A stretch of DNA of 64,000 nt from Candidatus Eremiobacteria bacterium (GTDB lineage: Bacteria; Vulcanimicrobiota; Vulcanimicrobiia; Vulcanimicrobiales; Vulcanimicrobiaceae): assembly GCA_963696095.1 (NCBI GenBank), contig CAVOIN010000002.1, positions 403,939 to 467,938 of the forward strand. The letters are read 5' to 3'. Below are positions 9,211 to 20,198 of this stretch, piece by piece. Both the position numbers and the translations under genes were made by a program. Below the pieces are notes generated by a model that was given only the letters and a program-made list of their open reading frames with translations, was not told where the DNA came from and ran no database searches. Within the stretch, counting starts at the first letter, position 1; every line of letters starts with the position of its first letter.

Positions 9211-10167
9211 CTACCCACTTTGGTGGATATTTCGCGACTCTAAGGGCTGTAAGGAATAGGGCAGCGCGAATTTTCCGAGTGGAACAACCTCGAAATTGTT
9301 CGCCAGTTTCCGGAGCGAACGTTCGACGATGTCGAGTTTCTGTCCCAAATCGAAGTTCATCGCCGGGAAAAACGCTAATTCCGGACACTCTTCGCCGCCT
9401 AGAAAATCCAGCGGATGTAAAAGGATCGAGGGCTCCGTGCGCGTCAGCCGGCACAGCGCGATCGCCGTGTTGAAGTAGGCCGATGCAAGCGCCGGCGAGA
9501 TCGTCGCCGCATACAGCACGTAGCTGATGTGAATCGGCAAACGTGAGATCGGCATCGTAGTAACCGGAATCTCTACGATCGAGCTGCCGTTCGCGCGGAC
9601 TCGATGTTGGCGATTCGGCTGAAACCCATCGCTGAAGTGCCCAAAGAGATCCTCGCGGTCTTTCATCTCTTCTTTGCTGAGATTAGTGCTGCGGAAATAA
9701 TATGCGCGCGCGAGCGGGCCGATGAACGTGGGCAGCGTCGACGCGTCGTAGAGATAGCCGCGCCGCGCGAGAATGCTGAGAATCGCGGGCGAGCACGTGA
9801 ACCCGGGCCCGCGAAACCCATTCGGACGACATCCGGTGGCCGCTTCTATGCTTTCCTCGGCACGCGCGAACTCATCGTCGATGGACTGTTCGCTATGGCG
9901 GTGCATCCACGGCTCGTGATGGAACGAATGGTTGCCGATTTCATGACCACGCCGCGCGATCTCGCGCAGCATGTCGCGGTTCGATTCGATCGCCGCATCC
10001 TGTCCGACGATGAAGAATGTGATCCGAAGGTGCAAGCGATCGAGAAAATCCAACACGCGCGGGACGAGGACGTCCAGGTACGATGGAAACGACTCCCAGC
10101 CGGCGCCGCCGTGCGTCTTCATGTACGACCATTTGTTGTCGATATCGAGCGACAGCGCGGCCCTCAT
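9211..10167 (-). CDS. polysaccharide deacetylase (NodB-homology) family protein
   Basis: 318-aa ORF containing FFIVGQDA...GHEIGNHSFHHEPW. Confidence 0.7.
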   Translation of the reverse strand: MRAALSLDIDNKWSYMKTHGGAGWESFPSYLDVLVPRVLDFLDRLHLRITFFIVGQDAAIESNRDMLREIARRGHEIGNHSFHHEPWMHRHSEQSIDDEFARAEESIEAATGCRPNGFRGPGFTCSPAILSILARRGYLYDASTLPTFIGPLARAYYFRSTNLSKEEMKDREDLFGHFSDGFQPNRQHRVRANGSSIVEIPVTTMPISRLPIHISYVLYAATISPALASAYFNTAIALCRLTRTEPSILLHPLDFLGGEECPELAFFPAMNFDLGQKLDIVERSLRKLANNFEVVPLGKFALPYSLQPLESRNIHQSG

Positions 10168-11496
10168 GCGCTCGTCACCTGCAGCTGAGGCGCCACGCCG
10201 CCCGTAACTATCGGAAAAACCGCGTTCGCTAGCTTAACTGTTTCGTTCACGTTTAACGTTCCGTTCACGATGTGAGCGCTGTTGACGAGGTAAAGCCCGG
10301 GCATGCTGCGTCGCGACGGGCGGCAAACGATCTGAGTAGTTCAGCGTGGGAACCGGGAAAACGTAAGGAACTCGCGAGACGCGGAACGCTTGGATCGACG
10401 AACGCGAGAACCGCGGATGCATGCGCTCGAGCGCCGAAACGAACGTTTCCTCAATCTGCTCGTCGCTCGTGATGAACGCCGGATCGTCAGGCGCTACGTA
10501 CTTCGGCAGATAGACGAGCGATTTTCCGCGGAATGCTTCCCGGTCGACGATCGCCGTCATTTCGATCACGGCAGTAAACGGAATCGACGCGTCCGCGATG
10601 TTCGTGATGTAATACGGCGTGATCGGCTCGTCCAGAAGCATAGAGGCGCATACGATCCCCTGATACTCGATGTCCGATGCCAATCCGAGTTCCTTTAAAC
10701 CAAGCGTGGGGCAAATGCGCGCGGCAAGCGGAGATGCGAGCGTGACGATCGTGCGATCGAATCGCTCGAGACCCGAGGCGGCGACGGCTACGCGAAAGCC
10801 GCCTTGCGCCTCGGGCTCGATCGCCTCGATACGGGCGTCGAAGCGAACGTCAACACCAAGCTCGCTCAAACGCCGTTCGAACCTGCGGAGAATGCGCGCA
10901 TATCCTCCGCGAACGTAACCGAACATCTCTCGTTTCATGCCCGTTCGCCGTGCCGCATACATGCGCGCGATAATGGCCCAAATGAACGCTGCGGACGCGC
11001 GTTCGGCATAGGTCCCGAGCTTCGCCCGCAACAACGGAAGCCATACTTTTTCAACCGTTTTGCGTCCGCACTGCTGCGTCAGCCAATCGACGGCCGTAAG
11101 ACGCTCGAGCGGCTTCCAATCTTCGATGTGCGACGCGCGCAGAATCGTGGCCGCAAGCCGCGCTTTTTGAATCGGCGAAAGCGGCGGGAAATGCGCGTAA
11201 TCGAGCACCGATGAAAACGGATGCATCGCTCCGTCGATGAAGAATCCGGTTTTCGTCGTCACCCACTGCAGCGCATCCGAGAGGCCGAGTTCCTCGAGCA
11301 ACTCGCGCAGCGCGAGATCGGAGTACAGGGTAACGTGGTAGTGACGGTCCCAAACGACGTTGCCCAGTTGCCACGGCGCAGCGAGCCCGCCGGAATGCGA
11401 CGCGGCCTCGAAGATCGTTACGGAGTGCCCGGCCTTCGCAAGCTTCAAGGCAAGGGTCATGCCGAGCATGCCGCCACCGACAATACCAAAGCGCAT
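10164..11496 (-). pseudogene. NAD(P)/FAD-dependent oxidoreductase, single frameshift near 10.30 kb
   Basis: Dinucleotide fold MRFGIVGGGMLGMTLALKLAKAGHSVTIFEA..GG. The C-terminus continues in another frame as MPGLYLVNSAHIVNGTLNVNETVKLA...* and ends in an ATGA overlap with the deacetylase start. Confidence 0.65.
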
Positions 11497-11497
11497 G

Positions 11498-12120
11498 TTA
11501 GTGAGCTACGGCGGCGAGCTGCTTTACCGTCAACCTGTCGATCGTGTAGCGAGCGTGGCACTCGTGGCAAGCAATGTCAACGGGCCCCTCGACGATTCCC
11601 GGACCTGCGCCGGTGAGCGGATAGCCGCACGCGCAGACGTAACCGACGGCGCGCGCCGGGTTGCCGACGACGAGGACGAAGTCGGGCACGTCGCGGGTGA
11701 CGACCGAACCCATGCCGACCATGGCAAAACGCCCGATCGTGAGATTGCAGCCGATCGTCGACTGCGCGCCGATCGTCGCGCCTTCCCGCACGAGCGTCGG
11801 CAGCGTGTTTTCGTCGGGATCCGACGGCAGCAGATGACTCAAATCCGGCGTCGTGGCGCGCGGAAACCGGTCGTTGGTGAAGACCGTGCCGGCGCGATCA
11901 TCACGCCGCGTTCGATGGTGACGCCGGTGCAGATGTACACGAATGCGTTGATCTTCACGCGGTCGCCGATCGTCACGCCGTACGCGATGTACGTCTTTTC
12001 GCCGATGATGCAGTCTTCGCCGATGCGCGTGGAACGGCGAATGTGCACGTTGTCCCAAACGGCGGTGTTGCGGCCGATCGTCACGTCGGGTTCGATGAGG
12101 GCAGTCGGGTGAACGGCCAT
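11498..12120 (-). pseudogene. left-handed beta-helix (hexapeptide) acetyltransferase, WbpD-like, frameshifted
   Basis: ATG 12118-12120 follows GGAGG. Hexapeptide repeats: [27 protein letters not shown]...[11 protein letters not shown]. The second half (ATIGAQSTIGCNLTIGRFAMVGMGSVVTRDVPDFVLVVGNPAR) is in another frame. Confidence 0.7.
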
Positions 12121-12122
12121 GA

Positions 12123-13162
12123 TTACGAAGCCTCCGCGGAAGCGGGAATATCGAGCGAAACGATGTCGAAGTCGCTCATCTGGCCCTCGATGCGCTGCCA
12201 GCGTGCATCTTCGAGCGCAGCGTACGCCGCCTGAATGACTTCGACCGAGGCCAGCGCGTCGCGCGGCGTAATGACCAATTCTCCCTGTCCGGTGATCGCG
12301 TCGCAGAAATTTTCGATCTGATACGGAAGGCTTGGACCTTATCGTAGCCGCTTGCCGAAGACATGCCATTCCGGATCGCCGCGCCGGCGATACTTCGACT
12401 CGCGCCAACCGACGAGGATCGTGCCTTCGCTGCCGTAGATGCGCAGAAACGTTTCGAGCTCCTTGTCGATGCTCCACGACAAATCCGCGGTGCCCATGAC
12501 GCCTTCGTCGTTGCGCACGAACAACGCGAACCGTATCTTCAACCGCCAAGCCTTGCATCCGGCGGCCTTCGACGATCTGAATGTCGCGGAGATTGCCCAG
12601 GAAGTACCGCAGAATGTCGACGGCGTGCGTGCCGTTGTCGATGAGTACGCCACCGCCGCTGATCGCGGCGTCCGAGTTCCAACGGTTCCGCATGTCGACG
12701 TGCGACGTAAACGCGTTTTCGACGAATACGACTTCGCCGATCGCCCCTTCGCCGACGAGTTCGCGAGCTTCCGCACGTCGGCGACGTAGCGGAATTTCGA
12801 GGCCATCGTCAGCATCGCGTTGTTCCGGCGCGCCGTCGCGAGCATCCGCCGCGCCGCATCCTCGGTCGTCGCAAGCGGCTTCTCGCACAGCACGTGACGG
12901 CCGCTTTGCAGCAGGCGGCACGCAATGTCTTCATGGTAGGCCGGCGGCGTGCAGACGATGGCGGCGTCGAACTGCTCGTTCGCGAGGAGGCCTTCCAGCG
13001 AGCGATACGCTTGCACCCGATTCGCTGGGCGAACTCTTGCGCGGCGTTTTGCCGCACGTCGCAAACCGCCGCGATTTCGGCGCGATCCGTCGCTGCAAAG
13101 GCGGCTTCGTACGCCGCGCGATTGCGCCGGTGCCGATGAGAGCAAACCGCAAGGGCAGTCAT
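12123..13162 (-). pseudogene. Gfo/Idh/MocA-family oxidoreductase, WbpB-like, many frameshifts
   Basis: [59 protein letters not shown] and [19 protein letters not shown] are found in at least 4 frames. Confidence 0.7.
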
Positions 13163-14419
13163 GCCGGTACCGCTCCCTCGCCGAGCGACTTCGCGGCCCA
13201 CTTGAAGGCTTCGGCGATGTACTCGACGTCCTCTTCGGTGTACCGGTCGTTCCACGGAACGACCAAGACGCGTTCGAGCGCGTCGACCGTCCCCGGATAG
13301 TGATCGAGCTCGTAATCGACGGCCTCCGGCGCGCAACGTAAACGGGAACTCGCTCTTGCCGAACGTGCGCCGTTTCTGGAAGACCTCGCACATGAATGCC
13401 GGCTTTTGAATGTACCGCGGCACGGTCAGGATGTCGCGTTCTTTGAGCAATCGCGCCATCTCCAGCACCGCGCGAAGCCGGAAGGCTCGGGCCGATGCGA
13501 ATGCAGTACTTCCAGTAACTGTGCTGCGCGTTCTCCGCCACGAGCGGCGGTAACGATTTCCTCGATGCCCGCGAGGCGTTCGGTCAGCAATGCGGCGAGC
13601 GCGCGCCGGCGCTCGACAATCGCTTCGAGCTTCTCGAGCTGGGCCATCGCAACGCTTCCGCACAGTTCCGACATGCGATAGTTGAGCGCGAGGAAGTAGT
13701 GGTCGGGTTGCGGATCGCCGTAGCCCCACGCCTTGTTGATGAACAGATAGATGCGGCGCGCGAGAGCGTCGTCGTTCGTGACGACGATGCCGCCCTCGCC
13801 GGTGGTGATGTGTTTGCCTTGCTGCAGGCTGAAAGCGCCGATCGTGCCTGCCGTGCCGACGTAGCGGCCGTCATAGGTCGCCAGGAACGCCTGCGCGCAA
13901 TCTTCGATAACCGGAATCCCGCGCTCGGTCGCCAAGGCGACGATTTCGTCGACGTCGCATGGATTGCCGAACAGGTGCGTGACGACGATGGCTTTCGTTC
14001 GATCGCTGATGCTTCGCCGCAATCGTCTCGGCCGTGACGTTGCACGTGCGCGGATCGACGTCGGCAAAGACCGGAATCGCGCCCTGATACAGGATCGGCG
14101 CGAGCGCGCCCATGTCGGTGATCGACGTGGTGATGATCTCGTCACCGGGTTCGGGATCGATCGCCGCGATCGCGCAATGCACGGCCGCGGTGCCGGATGC
14201 GCACGCGTAGGCGTGCTTTACGCCCAGCATTGAAGCGAATCGCTTCTCGAGAGCGGTGACGAACGAGCCTTTGGTGCTCGTAAGCGTTCCGCTTCGCAAG
14301 GCTGCGGTTACGGCGGCAATCTCTTCATCGCCAAGCGTTCTGCCGGAGGCATCTTGATCCGACGGGAGGCTGCGACGGGACACAAGCGGGGAAGTCGTGG
14401 TCATTGTGTGCTCTTTCAT
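13159..14419 (-). pseudogene. DegT/DnrJ/EryC1-family sugar aminotransferase, WbpE-like, many frameshifts
   Basis: AYACASGTAAVHCAIAAIDPEPGDEIITTS, AIVVTHLFGNPCDVDEI..IPVIEDCAQA and FSLQQGKHITTGEGGIVVTND (PLP Lys) are split over frames. ATGA overlaps at both ends. Confidence 0.75.
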
Positions 14420-15348
14420 CCAATCTGGCTGTGGCGGCGATTTTGCAGTCGACGAGTGAAAAAGGTGCCGGCTTGCCCCGCGAAAATAGCGAGACTAGTG
14501 TACTGAATAACGACCGTCGTCGCGGTGCCCGCGGCTAATACCCATGGGCTCACGCGAAGCAATAGCAAAACCGCTACGACGACCGGCAGCAGGCCGGGGA
14601 TGAGCCCCGGGACGGCAAGCCATAGCGACGGCCGGTATTCGAAGGCCATCCGGATTGTGGCCCACATTTGTTTGAGCAGACGCGCGGGGCGCAGCCGCCC
14701 CGGAGCCGCGCGGCGCTCGGCACTCCATTTCAGCGTTGCCGGCACCTCCACGACGCGCAACTGTTTGCGCAGTCCGTCGAGCAGCATCTCCGCAATCGCA
14801 TCCATGCCGTTGCTTTCAAATTCGAGCTGCTTCATCGCGGAAACGCGAAACGCTCGAACCATACACGTAAACGTTGCGTATTTTCCGGCAGAAGCAAACG
14901 ACAGCAGCCGGTTCGCTTCGCGGCTCAGCACGCGTCGCAGTAAGGGCACGTTGACGACCGAGCCGCCGCGCACGTATGCCGAAGCCAGCGCGATATCGGC
15001 CTTTTGGCGTTCCAGCGCCTCGAGTAACTGCATGCCGGTGGAGGGCTCGTAACTAAGATCCGCATCGAGCACGATCGCGTACTCGGTCTCGACCTCGCGA
15101 AACGCCGTACGGAGCGCCGCGCCAAGACCCTGATTGTGCGGATGCTGAAAGACGTAAACGTTTTCTCGCCACCGCGCGAATGCTTCGGCCGCGACAAACG
15201 TTTCATCACGGCTTCCATCATCGACAATTATATACTTGAAGCCGTAATTGCGCTGATGGATCGAGAAGTGATCCGCTAGAGTAACGAGGTTGCTCGCGAA
15301 CGTCTCACCTTCGTTATATGCCGGAATGATTACGGTCACGCCGGTCAT
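14416..15348 (-). CDS. GT2 glycosyltransferase with C-terminal TM helices (GtrB/ArnC-like polyprenyl-phosphate sugar synthase)
   Basis: VTVIIPAYNEGE...IIVDDGSRDET...LDADLSY plus two hydrophobic helices at the C-terminus. Intact 310-aa ORF. Confidence 0.7.
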   Translation of the reverse strand: MTGVTVIIPAYNEGETFASNLVTLADHFSIHQRNYGFKYIIVDDGSRDETFVAAEAFARWRENVYVFQHPHNQGLGAALRTAFREVETEYAIVLDADLSYEPSTGMQLLEALERQKADIALASAYVRGGSVVNVPLLRRVLSREANRLLSFASAGKYATFTCMVRAFRVSAMKQLEFESNGMDAIAEMLLDGLRKQLRVVEVPATLKWSAERRAAPGRLRPARLLKQMWATIRMAFEYRPSLWLAVPGLIPGLLPVVVAVLLLLRVSPWVLAAGTATTVVIQYTSLAIFAGQAGTFFTRRLQNRRHSQIG

Positions 15349-17540
15349 GCGGTGCCCCCTGCAAGCGGCTGGGACGAAGTTGCGAAGTAGTCGGAGTAGT
15401 CGTTGACGCGCAGAGTGTCTTTATTGACGACCATACCGAGCACGTTATCGATGCCTAACGACGCCAATTGAGAGACGGCATAGCGCGCTTCTTTTTCGTC
15501 GGTATTACTTGTGACGACGAAGATTGCGCCGTCAACTTGCGTGGCAATCAGCAACCCGTCGGAAACCGCGCCGAGCGGCGGCGCATCCACGATAACCATC
15601 GTGTAATCGCCTTGCACTTTGGCAAGCACCTCTTGCAAGTGCGATTGCAACAAACTCACGGGGTTCGCCACGTCGGCCCCGGCCGTAAGAACGTCAAGTT
15701 GGGGCGAGGCATGCTGCACGGCCTCGCTTACGGGCATCGCTCCGGTAAGGACGTCTCCCAAGCCGACCGTATTCGGACAGTCGGTCTTCTCGTGCAGGCT
15801 CGGGCGCCGCAGGTCCGCATCGATAAGAAGCACACGCGGCTCCAGGGTCGCCATGGCTTTTGCCAAGTGGTAGGCGACAGTAGACTTTCCATCTCCGCGG
15901 CAAGCGCTGACGACAGCTAAAGTCTTGAGCGGCCGTTTGTTCTTCAAGCGTAACGTGATGCAAAGATGCAAGAAAGATTCGACGGTCATAGACTGGACCC
16001 AGGGCAACATGCGGCGATTCGGAGTGTTGAACGCTGGGATTCGTCCGATTACGGGGAGACCGAGGCGTCCCTCAAAGCTTTCTCGATCGCTACGCTGCTC
16101 GATCACTTCTAGGATAAAGATGACCCCGAGCGCCAGGAGCAAGCCGACTGCCAACGCGATTGCGAGGTTTACAATAAGACTTGGGCGGCGGATCGCGGTA
16201 TCGGCACTGGCCGGCTGAACCACGAAAATATCGCTGATGGCCGTGGTCTTAGCAATCAACGCGTCACTGTATTTTTGCGCGAGAGCGTCGTACACGTTTT
16301 GAGCGCGCTTAGCTTCTTCGCTCAGGGTCGCGTATTGCATGACCTGATCTGGCAATGCTCTCACGGTCGGTCGATAGGACTTCTTCTCGGCCTGTAACGC
16401 TTTTAGATCGCCGGCATCGCCCTCGATGCGCGCTTGGTAATTTGCGGCCTGCTGCTGCAACGACTGATAAATCGGATTCGGCCCAAGGGTCGTCCGGCTC
16501 ACAACCGATGACGGGAGGTTCGCGATCTGCGCCAACAACGTTTGACGCTGCTGTTTGAGCGAAATCACCGTTGGGTGCGCCGGAGTGTAGACCTGTTCTG
16601 CCTCGGCAAGCTGCGTTTGAACTTCGGCGAGCTTCTGTTCGAGACTCGCTGAAATGGGGTTTTCGGCTACTTCCTTAGAATTGTCCACCGTCGACGACAT
16701 CGCCGCCATCTGCGACTGCACGCTTTGAAGCAGGGACTTGGCTTCGCTTGTGTCCACGCCCAACTGGTCGATTCGTTGATCGATCGCCGACATACGGGAC
16801 ACAATATCCGATTCGTGCGCTTGCGCGTCTATGTAACCATGATCCGACTGGAATCTCGCCAGGGCACTTGCCGTATCGCGCAAGCGCCGTTCGGCTCGAG
16901 GCACTTCATTGGAGAGATAAGCCAGCGCAGCCACGGCCTCCGAGCGCACGAACTCGCGCTCTTGATCGACGAAGGCGTCGGCGAAGGCGTTGGCAATGCG
17001 CGCTGAGCCCTCCGGCGTCTTCCACGAAATGCTCAGATTGAGCAGCGTCGTATTGACGGTCGGTTTGACGCTCAAATTCGAAAGCAAGCCTTGGGGCGTC
17101 GTGCGAAGATTTAGCGTTGCGATCACTTTCGCTGCGAGGTCCCGCTGCTGCGCGAGCTGCGCAAAGGTCTCGGCCGACTGTTCGCCGTTTTGAAGGACCA
17201 GCGCATTCAGAATCGGCAGCGCGGTGTCGCCATTCGCCCTTGTCGCGTCGCTAGCAGGGCGTCCGGTCATCAAACGGACCGTCGTAGTATACGATTTCGG
17301 CGTTAGAAGCGTAGCGATGCCAACGATCGCTACGAAACCAGCGGTGACGGTAAGAAACATGCGCCAATGCTTGCGCACGAGCGCCCAAATCCTGAGCAGG
17401 TCTCGCGCGTCGGTCGATTGGCTTGGCGGTCTTTCGCTACGCGCCAGACTGCCGCTGGCGAGCGGTGCTAAATTCGACATCTCTGAGCGTGATAGTACGT
17501 TACCGCCGGCGCGCAAATAAGGACTGCACTGCTCAACCAT
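15345..17540 (-). CDS. polysaccharide co-polymerase (Wzz domain) fused to BY-type tyrosine autokinase
   Basis: 731 aa. N-terminal TM helix, long coiled periplasmic-type region, second TM helix, then P-loop ATPase VVSACRGDGKSTVAYHLA, VLLIDADLRRP and MVIVDAPP. Confidence 0.75.
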   Translation of the reverse strand: MVEQCSPYLRAGGNVLSRSEMSNLAPLASGSLARSERPPSQSTDARDLLRIWALVRKHWRMFLTVTAGFVAIVGIATLLTPKSYTTTVRLMTGRPASDATRANGDTALPILNALVLQNGEQSAETFAQLAQQRDLAAKVIATLNLRTTPQGLLSNLSVKPTVNTTLLNLSISWKTPEGSARIANAFADAFVDQEREFVRSEAVAALAYLSNEVPRAERRLRDTASALARFQSDHGYIDAQAHESDIVSRMSAIDQRIDQLGVDTSEAKSLLQSVQSQMAAMSSTVDNSKEVAENPISASLEQKLAEVQTQLAEAEQVYTPAHPTVISLKQQRQTLLAQIANLPSSVVSRTTLGPNPIYQSLQQQAANYQARIEGDAGDLKALQAEKKSYRPTVRALPDQVMQYATLSEEAKRAQNVYDALAQKYSDALIAKTTAISDIFVVQPASADTAIRRPSLIVNLAIALAVGLLLALGVIFILEVIEQRSDRESFEGRLGLPVIGRIPAFNTPNRRMLPWVQSMTVESFLHLCITLRLKNKRPLKTLAVVSACRGDGKSTVAYHLAKAMATLEPRVLLIDADLRRPSLHEKTDCPNTVGLGDVLTGAMPVSEAVQHASPQLDVLTAGADVANPVSLLQSHLQEVLAKVQGDYTMVIVDAPPLGAVSDGLLIATQVDGAIFVVTSNTDEKEARYAVSQLASLGIDNVLGMVVNKDTLRVNDYSDYFATSSQPLAGGTA

Positions 17541-17646
17541 CAGGGACCTTTGAAGGAGGTACTTGGGCCCCGTAGGCCTTGGTCACGCAGCGTGGGACTA
17601 AGGCCTCTCTGGACCTGACTGACGCGCGCGTATTATCAAGCAACAC

Positions 17647-19086
17647 ATGTCGACCCGCATCATCGAGCGACCGACGCCCAATAAGACAACGGTTCTAAAG
17701 GGTGCGCCCAGAGTGCACTCCAGGAGCTGGGTCACGGTGCTTTTGCTAAGCGACGTTTTCTTTTTTGTAGTCGCTTCCGGCTTGGGCGCGCTGATCGGTT
17801 TTCATCATTGGAACCTGCCGCGAGTCGTCCAAAGCCTCTTGATCGCAAACGCGATGTTCGTTGCCCTGTGGGTTCTCGTTTTTGACTCGCTCGGGCTGTA
17901 CCGCCGGACGTACGCCCTCTCGATCAAAGACGAGCTCTATTACACCGTTGCGGCATTGATTCTGGGCACCATACCGCAGCTTGTGCTCTTTACGATTTTC
18001 CCGAACATCTCCACGTCGCGAATTGCGTTGCTGTATGCGCTCGGCTTTTCGATAGTATTTGTTGGCTCGTCAAGAGCTGTCTTGCACCGTATACGGAAAA
18101 GCAAGCGCTTTAACGGTAGGCGGCGCACGTGCATCGTCGGAACAGCCGATCGCATCGGGCGAGCCCTCGAAAGCCTGGAACTTCCGGACGATTGCGAGAC
18201 GCTTTTACAAGTCGTCGACGACATTGACGAGGGAATAGGCCGCATCGATCTCAGCCGCGACGCGCAGCTCGAAAATATCGAGTGGTTCGCGCAGGCGCGA
18301 AAATGGGGCTGCGATGTTCTGATCCTCACGGAAATCGTCGCGCCGCACTTGGTGGGTCATCTTCTGGAAGTCGCCGCGCGCGAACACATTCAGCTCGCCT
18401 TCGCCCCACCGCGAATCGCCCGCTATGCCTACGATTTATCGTTTCAGATGGATGGGCGGCAGGCGCTAATCGTCCCGATCCGGCTGCGGGCATGCACGCC
18501 GCGCGCCCAGCTCTTCAAGCGTCTCGTCGATCTCGCACTCGGAAGCATCGCCCTCTTGCTGTCGGCACCGGTGATGATTCTTGCTGCCTTTGCCGTTTAT
18601 CTCGAATCAGGCTGGCCGGTGATATTCACGCAAGAGCGCGTGGGGACCGGCGGAAAGACTTTCGCCATACTCAAATTCCGCTCGATGCGCTTGGATGCCG
18701 AGCGCGACGTCGGCCCGGTTTGGGCGAGCCAAGCCGATCCCAGAAAGACGCGTGTCGGGACATTTATCCGGCGCTTCAGCATCGATGAGCTTCCGCAGCT
18801 TATAAACGTGTTGTGTGGGGAAATGTCGCTGGTCGGGCCACGCCCCGAGCGTCCGGTATTTGTCGACCTTTTCCGGACCACGCTGCCACGCTATGACGAA
18901 CGCCATCTCGTTGCACCAGGCATCACCGGCTGGTCGCAGGTTCACATGAAGCGCGCTCTGGATCCCTCGGCCGCTCGCGAGAAGCTCGAATACGATCTGC
19001 AATACATCGAGAACTGGTCGCTGTTTCTCGACATCTCCGTGCTCTTTCAAACGCTCTGTGAATTCCTATTCCATCGAGCGGCATAG
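17647..19086 (+). CDS. polyprenyl-phosphate sugar phosphotransferase (WbaP/EpsL-like initiating enzyme)
   Basis: Several N-terminal TM helices plus the bacterial sugar transferase domain (FAILKFRSM...DELPQLINVLCGEMSLVGPRPERP). Confidence 0.8.
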   Translation: MSTRIIERPTPNKTTVLKGAPRVHSRSWVTVLLLSDVFFFVVASGLGALIGFHHWNLPRVVQSLLIANAMFVALWVLVFDSLGLYRRTYALSIKDELYYTVAALILGTIPQLVLFTIFPNISTSRIALLYALGFSIVFVGSSRAVLHRIRKSKRFNGRRRTCIVGTADRIGRALESLELPDDCETLLQVVDDIDEGIGRIDLSRDAQLENIEWFAQARKWGCDVLILTEIVAPHLVGHLLEVAAREHIQLAFAPPRIARYAYDLSFQMDGRQALIVPIRLRACTPRAQLFKRLVDLALGSIALLLSAPVMILAAFAVYLESGWPVIFTQERVGTGGKTFAILKFRSMRLDAERDVGPVWASQADPRKTRVGTFIRRFSIDELPQLINVLCGEMSLVGPRPERPVFVDLFRTTLPRYDERHLVAPGITGWSQVHMKRALDPSAAREKLEYDLQYIENWSLFLDISVLFQTLCEFLFHRAA

Positions 19087-19088
19087 CG

Positions 19089-20198
19089 ATGAGCCGAAAG
19101 CTGCGCATTCTACACGTGATCCCAACCGTCGAAGGTTACGGTGCTGAGCACGTCATCGTAGAGTTACTCAAATACTTACCTTCGGACGAAATTCACGCAG
19201 CGCTGTTGACGATCTATCGCCCGCCGGACCTTCCGTTCCCCTTTGAAATCCTGACCGCTGGGCGCAAGAACCGGCAAGATCGCTTTTTTTTCGGTCGTCT
19301 CGTGCGGCAAATCCGGCGCTTCAAGCCCGACATCGTGCACACACATACGCGGGGCGGCCGGTACTGGGGGCGCTCGGCTGCGGTCCTCGCGGGCGTTCCG
19401 ATGATCGTGCACACGGAACACAACCCTTGCGACACTCGCAAAAAGCCGCTCGAGCGACTTGGTGACTTCGTCCTACATCGAGTAACGACGCGTTTCGTGA
19501 CCTTCTTCCGCGAACAAGCAGCCTTTTGGGCTAAAAATGAAGGCATTCCAAACGAGAAGCTCGCGGTAATTCCTAACGGCCTCCCTCTTCCTGAGGGTCG
19601 CAACGCCGATGCAACCGATACGCGCCGCGCCTTGGGACTTAAGCCGGAACAGTTCGCAATCATGGTAATCGCGCGCCTCCACGCGCAAAAAAATCAAACG
19701 TTAGTGCTTCGTGCGCTGGCCGAGATCCAAGAAGGTCTCCGCGATCGGCTGATGGTTTTCTTCGTGGGATCCGGTGAAGATGAAGTCTTGCTACGGGGCC
19801 TTTCGCGAGCGCTGAGCTTGGACGGTCACGTCCGTTTTCTTGGATATCGAAACGATGTGGACGCGCTGTTGAATGCCGCAGACCTTCTACTCATGACGTC
19901 TTGGTTCGAAGGCATGCCGCTGGCCCTCATCGAGGCCATGATTGCGGGCGTTCCTATCGTGACCACTCCCTGGGTGGGAGCCACCAACATGCTCGGTGAC
20001 GGCCGCTTCGGTTTTCTTACAGCGAATTATGAGGCTAAGCAGGTGGCGTCTCAGATCGAGCGTGCGCTTGCGCGACCGGCGACGCGGCACGATGTTGCCA
20101 TGCGCGCGCAGCAGCATGCCTATGAGTGCTATGGCATCTCGCAAATGGCCGATGCGCATAGAAGGCTATACCGTCAACTCGGGGCCGCAATCTCATGA
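19089..20198 (+). CDS. GT4 glycosyltransferase
   Basis: 369 aa. EGMPLALIEAMIAGVPIV (E-x7-E region). Confidence 0.7.
   Translation: MSRKLRILHVIPTVEGYGAEHVIVELLKYLPSDEIHAALLTIYRPPDLPFPFEILTAGRKNRQDRFFFGRLVRQIRRFKPDIVHTHTRGGRYWGRSAAVLAGVPMIVHTEHNPCDTRKKPLERLGDFVLHRVTTRFVTFFREQAAFWAKNEGIPNEKLAVIPNGLPLPEGRNADATDTRRALGLKPEQFAIMVIARLHAQKNQTLVLRALAEIQEGLRDRLMVFFVGSGEDEVLLRGLSRALSLDGHVRFLGYRNDVDALLNAADLLLMTSWFEGMPLALIEAMIAGVPIVTTPWVGATNMLGDGRFGFLTANYEAKQVASQIERALARPATRHDVAMRAQQHAYECYGISQMADAHRRLYRQLGAAIS

Noticed and set aside
4290-14419. Programmed ribosomal frameshifting or genuine mass pseudogenisation as an explanation for the broken genes.
   Set aside because: There are too many frame changes per gene, there are no slippery-site/pseudoknot patterns, and essential genes (accA, accD, eno) are affected. 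Breaks are confined to GC-rich sequence while adjacent lower-GC genes are intact. Sequence error is the simplest explanation, although I cannot prove it without reads.
17563-17601. 12-codon TTG mini-ORF behind the AGGAGG at 17554-17559, as a possible leader peptide.
   Set aside because: It is too short and there is no evidence beyond the SD-like motif. The AGGAGG may be fortuitous. It is mentioned only as context in the leaderless-start finding.
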